64,000 nucleotides of DNA from positions 4,576,001 to 4,640,000 of the forward strand of contig CBDASK010000003.1 in assembly GCA_965199495.1 (NCBI GenBank), read 5' to 3'. The notes beneath the pieces are model-generated. The model saw only the letters and a list, made by a program, of their open reading frames with translations, did not search any database and was not told where the DNA came from. Source of the DNA: Abditibacterium sp. Lineage in GTDB: Bacteria > Armatimonadota > Abditibacteriia > Abditibacteriales > Abditibacteriaceae. The stretch's first letter is position 1, and each line of letters starts with the position of its first letter. The translations under genes were made by a program, and so were the position numbers. Below are positions 59,449 to 64,000 of this stretch, piece after piece.

Positions 59449-60894
59449 ATGAATCAAACTTTGTGGCCCGCCGAAATTCTGCCCGAAAAACCTGCGCGTG
59501 ACGAGAGATTGGAAGAAATCGAACGCCAGAGTGACGCGCTAAAATGTGACTTTGCCGCACAACTGGAAAACGATCCTGAACTTTCACGGGCCGTGGTTTC
59601 GTTTGGCGACTCCAAAACGGAACCAAAATATCGTTGGTTCAAATTTCGCGAAGCGTTTTCGCCGCATCTGGTCAAAAACAGCCTCGACACTTTGGGCGAA
59701 AGTGGTCATGTTCTCGATCCTTTCGCTGGAAGCGGCACCACACTCTTTGCCGCAGCAAATAACGGTTGGGATGCGACGGGAATCGAAGTTTTGCCTGTCG
59801 GTCGTTTTTTGGTTGAAGCGCGGCAAATCGCGGTTTCGCTTTCGCCAACCGAATGGCAACGCGTGCGCTGTTGGCGCGAAAGCAAGCCGTGGAGTTTAAC
59901 TTCTCGCCGCGCGGAATTAATGGAAATGCGCATTACGCAAGGCGCTTACCCGGCGGAAACCAAACGTGCTATTGAAAGTTATCTGGGCGCATTAACCGAC
60001 GAAAGCGAGCGCGTATCCACCGTTTTAAAATTGGCGTTGGTGTGCGTTTTGGAATCCATTTCTTATACCCGCAAAGATGGCCAATATCTGCGTTGGGATG
60101 CGCGCGCCGGACGCAAAGTTGGCGCGAGGCCGTTTAACAAAGGCCTGATGCTTTCTTTTGACTGTGCGCTCGAAGACAAACTCATACAAATTATTGAAGA
60201 TTGCGGCGGCTCACAAAGCGCGCCGCTGTCGCTTTTTGCGGACAATGCGCCAATTATTGATACTGGAGAAATTAACTTGCAAGCGGGATCATGCCTTAGT
60301 TTGTTGCCGCAAATAGAAACCGCCTCGTTTGATACAATCATTACTTCGCCACCGTATTGTAACCGTTACGATTACACGCGAACCTATGCGCTCGAACTCG
60401 CTCTTTTGGGCGTTTCTGGCGAAGAATTAATCGCGCTTCGCCAAAAGATGTTGAGTTGCACCGTCGAAAATCGCGCCAAGGATTTGTTGTTTTCCAACCC
60501 CCCGTGGAGCATGGCACTCAGCGCCGTGTCTGATTGCGAGGTGCTGCAAACGATTCTTGAATATTTGGACGAAGAAAATGCGGCAGGACGACTTAATAAC
60601 ACGGGCATCGCTCGTATGGTGCGCGGATATTTTTCCGAAATGGCGTGTGTCATTCAAGAGTGCGCGCGCGTGCTGAAGCCGGGCGCATCGTTGTGGATGG
60701 TCAACGATAACGTGCGTTACGCGGGCGCTTCGATTCCCGTCGATTTGATATTATCTTTCATCGCCGAGCGCGTTGGTTTCGATGTCGAAAAAATCGCGGT
60801 TTTGCCGGGCGGCAAAGGCAACTCATCGCAACAAATGGGCGTTCATGGACGCGAATCTTTGCGTAAATGCGTTTACGTGTGGAGGAAAATTTAA
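59449..60894 (+). CDS. DNA methyltransferase, N4-cytosine type (M.AvaI/M.BsoBI-like)
   Basis: DPFAGSGTT followed by TSPPY; adjacent to the restriction endonuclease. Confidence 0.9.
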   Translation: MNQTLWPAEILPEKPARDERLEEIERQSDALKCDFAAQLENDPELSRAVVSFGDSKTEPKYRWFKFREAFSPHLVKNSLDTLGESGHVLDPFAGSGTTLFAAANNGWDATGIEVLPVGRFLVEARQIAVSLSPTEWQRVRCWRESKPWSLTSRRAELMEMRITQGAYPAETKRAIESYLGALTDESERVSTVLKLALVCVLESISYTRKDGQYLRWDARAGRKVGARPFNKGLMLSFDCALEDKLIQIIEDCGGSQSAPLSLFADNAPIIDTGEINLQAGSCLSLLPQIETASFDTIITSPPYCNRYDYTRTYALELALLGVSGEELIALRQKMLSCTVENRAKDLLFSNPPWSMALSAVSDCEVLQTILEYLDEENAAGRLNNTGIARMVRGYFSEMACVIQECARVLKPGASLWMVNDNVRYAGASIPVDLILSFIAERVGFDVEKIAVLPGGKGNSSQQMGVHGRESLRKCVYVWRKI

Positions 60895-61848
60895 GTGCCG
60901 CCGTTTTTATCCGACGCCGCCGCTTTGGTGACGACGCGAGCAGCCACGCGCGCGGGCTTTGTCGAAATCGTCATCGAAAAGAACCGCCGGGCGACGCCGC
61001 ATTTGGACGATGCCCGCGCGTTACGCTCGCTCGTTTTGGAAAAGTGCGCCGCGCCACGCGATTTATTGAATTTGGAAGAAGGTGAAAAAGCTCTGGTCGT
61101 TGCGGCGGGCATTTCGGAAAAAGCCGCGCGCCATTTGGACGCCGAGGACAAGCGCGAGGCTGTGCGCGTTCTGGTTTCGGAATTTCTGGAGCCGCAAGGC
61201 GACAAATGGATTGATGAACTCATTTACCGTTTTCTGCTGGCGCGCGGCGACGCTCTGGGCGGCGAAATGCGCAATGCCATCGGCGCACTGGGCCAACGCA
61301 AATTGGCCCGCGCGTTGATGGCGCAACTGCGCTTGAGCGAACTCGAATTTCACTGGCAACACGCCAAACTGAAACAGTGGAGCGTCGGCCAATCGAGCGA
61401 TGCCGGAATCGAGAACGAGCTAAATGGTTTGTTCTGGCGCAACAAGAATGAAGCGCGCACGTTGCTTTTCAATTTAACTCCGCCCGGCTTTTCCAAGAAT
61501 ATCGACTTGTGTTTGGTCGCGCTCGACCCGACGATTTTCAAGAAAGCCACGGACTTGCGTGCAGCGTTGAAGCAACCAGAAATTTATCTGGCGTTTGGCG
61601 AGTTGAAAAGTGGATTTGATCCGGCGGGCGCCGATGAGCATTGGAAAACCACGCGCAGTGCTTTCGAGCGTATTCGCCAGAATTACGCTTCATTGAATCC
61701 AGCGACATTTTTCGTCGGCGCGGCGATTGTGCCCAACATGGCCGACGAGATTTGGACGCAACTGCAAACCGGTAAACTTTCGAGCGCCGCTAATTTGACT
61801 GACGAAATGCAACTGGCGGGAATCTGCCGTTGGTTAGTGAATCTCTAA
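60895..61848 (+). CDS. AvaI/BsoBI family type II restriction endonuclease
   Basis: GDALGGEMRN, KNIDL, GELKSGFDPAGADEHWKT. Confidence 0.9.
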   Translation: MPPFLSDAAALVTTRAATRAGFVEIVIEKNRRATPHLDDARALRSLVLEKCAAPRDLLNLEEGEKALVVAAGISEKAARHLDAEDKREAVRVLVSEFLEPQGDKWIDELIYRFLLARGDALGGEMRNAIGALGQRKLARALMAQLRLSELEFHWQHAKLKQWSVGQSSDAGIENELNGLFWRNKNEARTLLFNLTPPGFSKNIDLCLVALDPTIFKKATDLRAALKQPEIYLAFGELKSGFDPAGADEHWKTTRSAFERIRQNYASLNPATFFVGAAIVPNMADEIWTQLQTGKLSSAANLTDEMQLAGICRWLVNL

Positions 61849-61850
61849 AA

Positions 61851-62288
61851 ATGGAAAACTCTTTTCGCCTTGCCCTACTCGCCATAACTTGCGCTCTCGC
61901 CAGCAGCCACGGCGTCGCCGTGGCTGCTCCGGCGCCGCCCGTTGTTTCGGTTTCCAACGATGGAAAACGCGCCATCGCGCGTTATGGTATCGCCGATGAT
62001 GCCCTGCGCCAGAGCCAATTAGCCGTCAAAGAACTCTCGTTCCTCATCAAGAAATATCCCGACGCCAAAAATTGGGCTGTGGCTTACAACACGGCGCCCG
62101 AACTCTGGCGCGTGTTGGAATATGACATCGAGCGCCGACAATTAATGGAAGTCGTGCTGACGAAATCCGAGAAAAGCAACCGGCGCGGCAACGACTTTTT
62201 TCCGGCGCATATCCATCGGGCGGCGCAGCAGAGTTTGAATATCGAAGAGTTGTGGAAGAGCAACAAAGCTGAAAAACGCACGAACTAA
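61851..62288 (+). CDS. Hypothetical exported protein
   Basis: Signal-like N-terminus; starts 2 nt after the endonuclease stop. Confidence 0.6.
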   Translation: MENSFRLALLAITCALASSHGVAVAAPAPPVVSVSNDGKRAIARYGIADDALRQSQLAVKELSFLIKKYPDAKNWAVAYNTAPELWRVLEYDIERRQLMEVVLTKSEKSNRRGNDFFPAHIHRAAQQSLNIEELWKSNKAEKRTN

Positions 62289-62351
62289 AGGCGTCTTAAA
62301 ACGTTGCAATCGCGCGATTAAATTAGCGGCATACTGGTAAAGAGATTTCAA

Positions 62352-63326
62352 ATGAGACCTTTTATCTGCGCATTGCTGTTGCTGTTTGTTCTCATCTCCA
62401 ACGTTCAACAAGCGCGAAGTGCGCCGCTCGCGTTGGCCGGAACCGCGCCCGCTTGGACAGATTTAGAAGTCCACGACGCCAAACGAGCGCGCGATATTCC
62501 GATTCGCGTTTATCTGCCCGTGCAAACAACAGCCACGCCAGTCGTATTGTTTAGTCACGGACTGGGCGGCACGCGCGAGGCGGCGACTTATCTGGGAAAT
62601 TACTGGGCGGCGCACGGCTATGTCGCGGTCTTTTTGCAACATCCCGGCAGCGACGAGAACGTGTGGAAAAACGTGCCGCTTCGCCAACGCATGGCGGCGC
62701 TGAAACAGGCGGCCAATTTGGATAATTTTCTGCTGCGCGTCGGCGACGTGGCTGCTGTTTTGGATCAACTCGAAATTTGGAACAAAGATGTGCGCTCTCC
62801 ATTTTTTGGCCGCATGGATATGACGAAAATCGGCATGGCGGGCCACTCATTTGGCGCCGTCACGACCGAAGCGGTTAGCGGCGAAACTTTCGCATTGGGC
62901 GTGGGCTTTACCGATGCTCGTATCAAAGCGGCGCTGATTCTCAGTCCGAGCGCGCCCGCCAATGGCGATGCGAAAGCAGCTTTTGGCGCGGTCAAAATCC
63001 CGTGGCTTTTGATGACGGGCACGCTTGATAAATCGGAACTGCGCGAATTTGACGCAGACGCGCGCTTGAAAGTGTTTCCGGCTTTGCCCGCCGACGGACA
63101 AAAATATCAACTAATTTTAGATAAAGCCGAACATTCGGCTTTCGTGGACGCGCGCATGGCGCGCGACATTGCGCCACGCAATCCCAATCATCATCGGGCC
63201 ATCGAAGCGATTTCGACGGCGTTTTGGGACGCGTATCTCAAAGGCGACGCGGACGCTAAAATGTGGATTGACAGAGACAAAGTGCGCGATGTTTTGGAGA
63301 CGGCGGATGTTTGGCAGACGAAGTGA
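62352..63326 (+). CDS. Secreted alpha/beta hydrolase (dienelactone hydrolase-like)
   Basis: FSHGLGG, GHSFG, TGTLD, AEHSAF. Confidence 0.88.
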   Translation: MRPFICALLLLFVLISNVQQARSAPLALAGTAPAWTDLEVHDAKRARDIPIRVYLPVQTTATPVVLFSHGLGGTREAATYLGNYWAAHGYVAVFLQHPGSDENVWKNVPLRQRMAALKQAANLDNFLLRVGDVAAVLDQLEIWNKDVRSPFFGRMDMTKIGMAGHSFGAVTTEAVSGETFALGVGFTDARIKAALILSPSAPANGDAKAAFGAVKIPWLLMTGTLDKSELREFDADARLKVFPALPADGQKYQLILDKAEHSAFVDARMARDIAPRNPNHHRAIEAISTAFWDAYLKGDADAKMWIDRDKVRDVLETADVWQTK

Positions 63327-63332
63327 GTTGGG

Positions 63333-64000
63333 TTAATCCAAATCCCACACCAAAACCGCGTTTTGGCCGCGCGCGTAAAGGCGTTTGCCATCGGGCGCGA
63401 AAGCAAGGGCGTTGGGTGCATATTGAAAACTGCTTTCATCGCCGATGTTTAACTGGCGAGTGATCGTTCCAGTTTGGGAATCGAAAAAGAGAGGAGCAGC
63501 CATCTTTCCGTCTTTTCCAAAGCCTTGCGGAAACGTCACTACCGATTTGCCATCGGGCGAAAAAATGCCGCCGTAGAGATGAGGATAAATGGCAAAAGAG
63601 CTTCCATCCGCCTGTCCTTTATGAATGTGATTCCATCGAATACGCCCCGTCAAGGCGTCAACGACCATGAGCGTAAAAGAGTTGACGTAACTGGAGCGGT
63701 TTGTCCCAGAAACAATGAGGGCGAGTGATTTTCCATCGGGGGCGGGGTCTAAATTGGTGATTGAAGATAGAGGCAAAGTCCACGAGTTCAACAGTTTCCC
63801 ATCGCGTGCGCGCCGAATTTCGACTTTGCCAGGCGGTTCATAACCTCCTTCGGGAACGTATCGCATTTCGCAATTGCTCCCACAAAACAGAGATTTTCCA
63901 TCGGGCGCCCAAGCAAATACGCCCGTATAACTGAGCGGCCTTTCCATGATCCAACTCGCGATTAATTTCCCGTCTGAAGCGCGCAACAGCGAAAATCTGA
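63333..64000 (-). CDS. WD40/beta-propeller protein (5' end outside the window)
   Basis: Repeated AWAPDGK/FSPDGK/AFAPDGK; ends VWD. Confidence 0.8.
   Translation of the reverse strand, partial: RFSLLRASDGKLIASWIMERPLSYTGVFAWAPDGKSLFCGSNCEMRYVPEGGYEPPGKVEIRRARDGKLLNSWTLPLSSITNLDPAPDGKSLALIVSGTNRSSYVNSFTLMVVDALTGRIRWNHIHKGQADGSSFAIYPHLYGGIFSPDGKSVVTFPQGFGKDGKMAAPLFFDSQTGTITRQLNIGDESSFQYAPNALAFAPDGKRLYARGQNAVLVWDLD

Overview
A GC-rich bacterial chromosome segment, probably Abditibacteriota/Armatimonadota-like; this is inferred from three DUF1559 '[33 protein letters not shown]' prepilin-like genes. Housekeeping genes are sufBCD, scpAB, lysA, purC, argG/argF, larE and lepA. Accessory modules include: a decayed AT-rich islet (xis-like HTH-HicB fusion, truncated hicA, yjzC, two related microproteins); a LacI-DUF1559-lipoprotein-glycosidase locus; an ATPase plus degenerate-ATPase-TPR pair; a probable copper operon headed by a RAPP-type (DUF2946-like) leader; an atypical tRNA-Ile(UAU) with an anti-acceptor leader hairpin; a Tet(X)-like monooxygenase bracketed by a duplicated Uma2 3' end; a 38-bp duplication of the lepA 5' end; and an AvaI/BsoBI-type restriction-modification pair. 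About a dozen long intergenic palindromes from several families are present, including one miniature element nested inside another. Many genes look leaderless. No CRISPR array, rRNA, integrase, transposase or reverse transcriptase was recognised. All family calls are from motif recognition by eye, not database searches.
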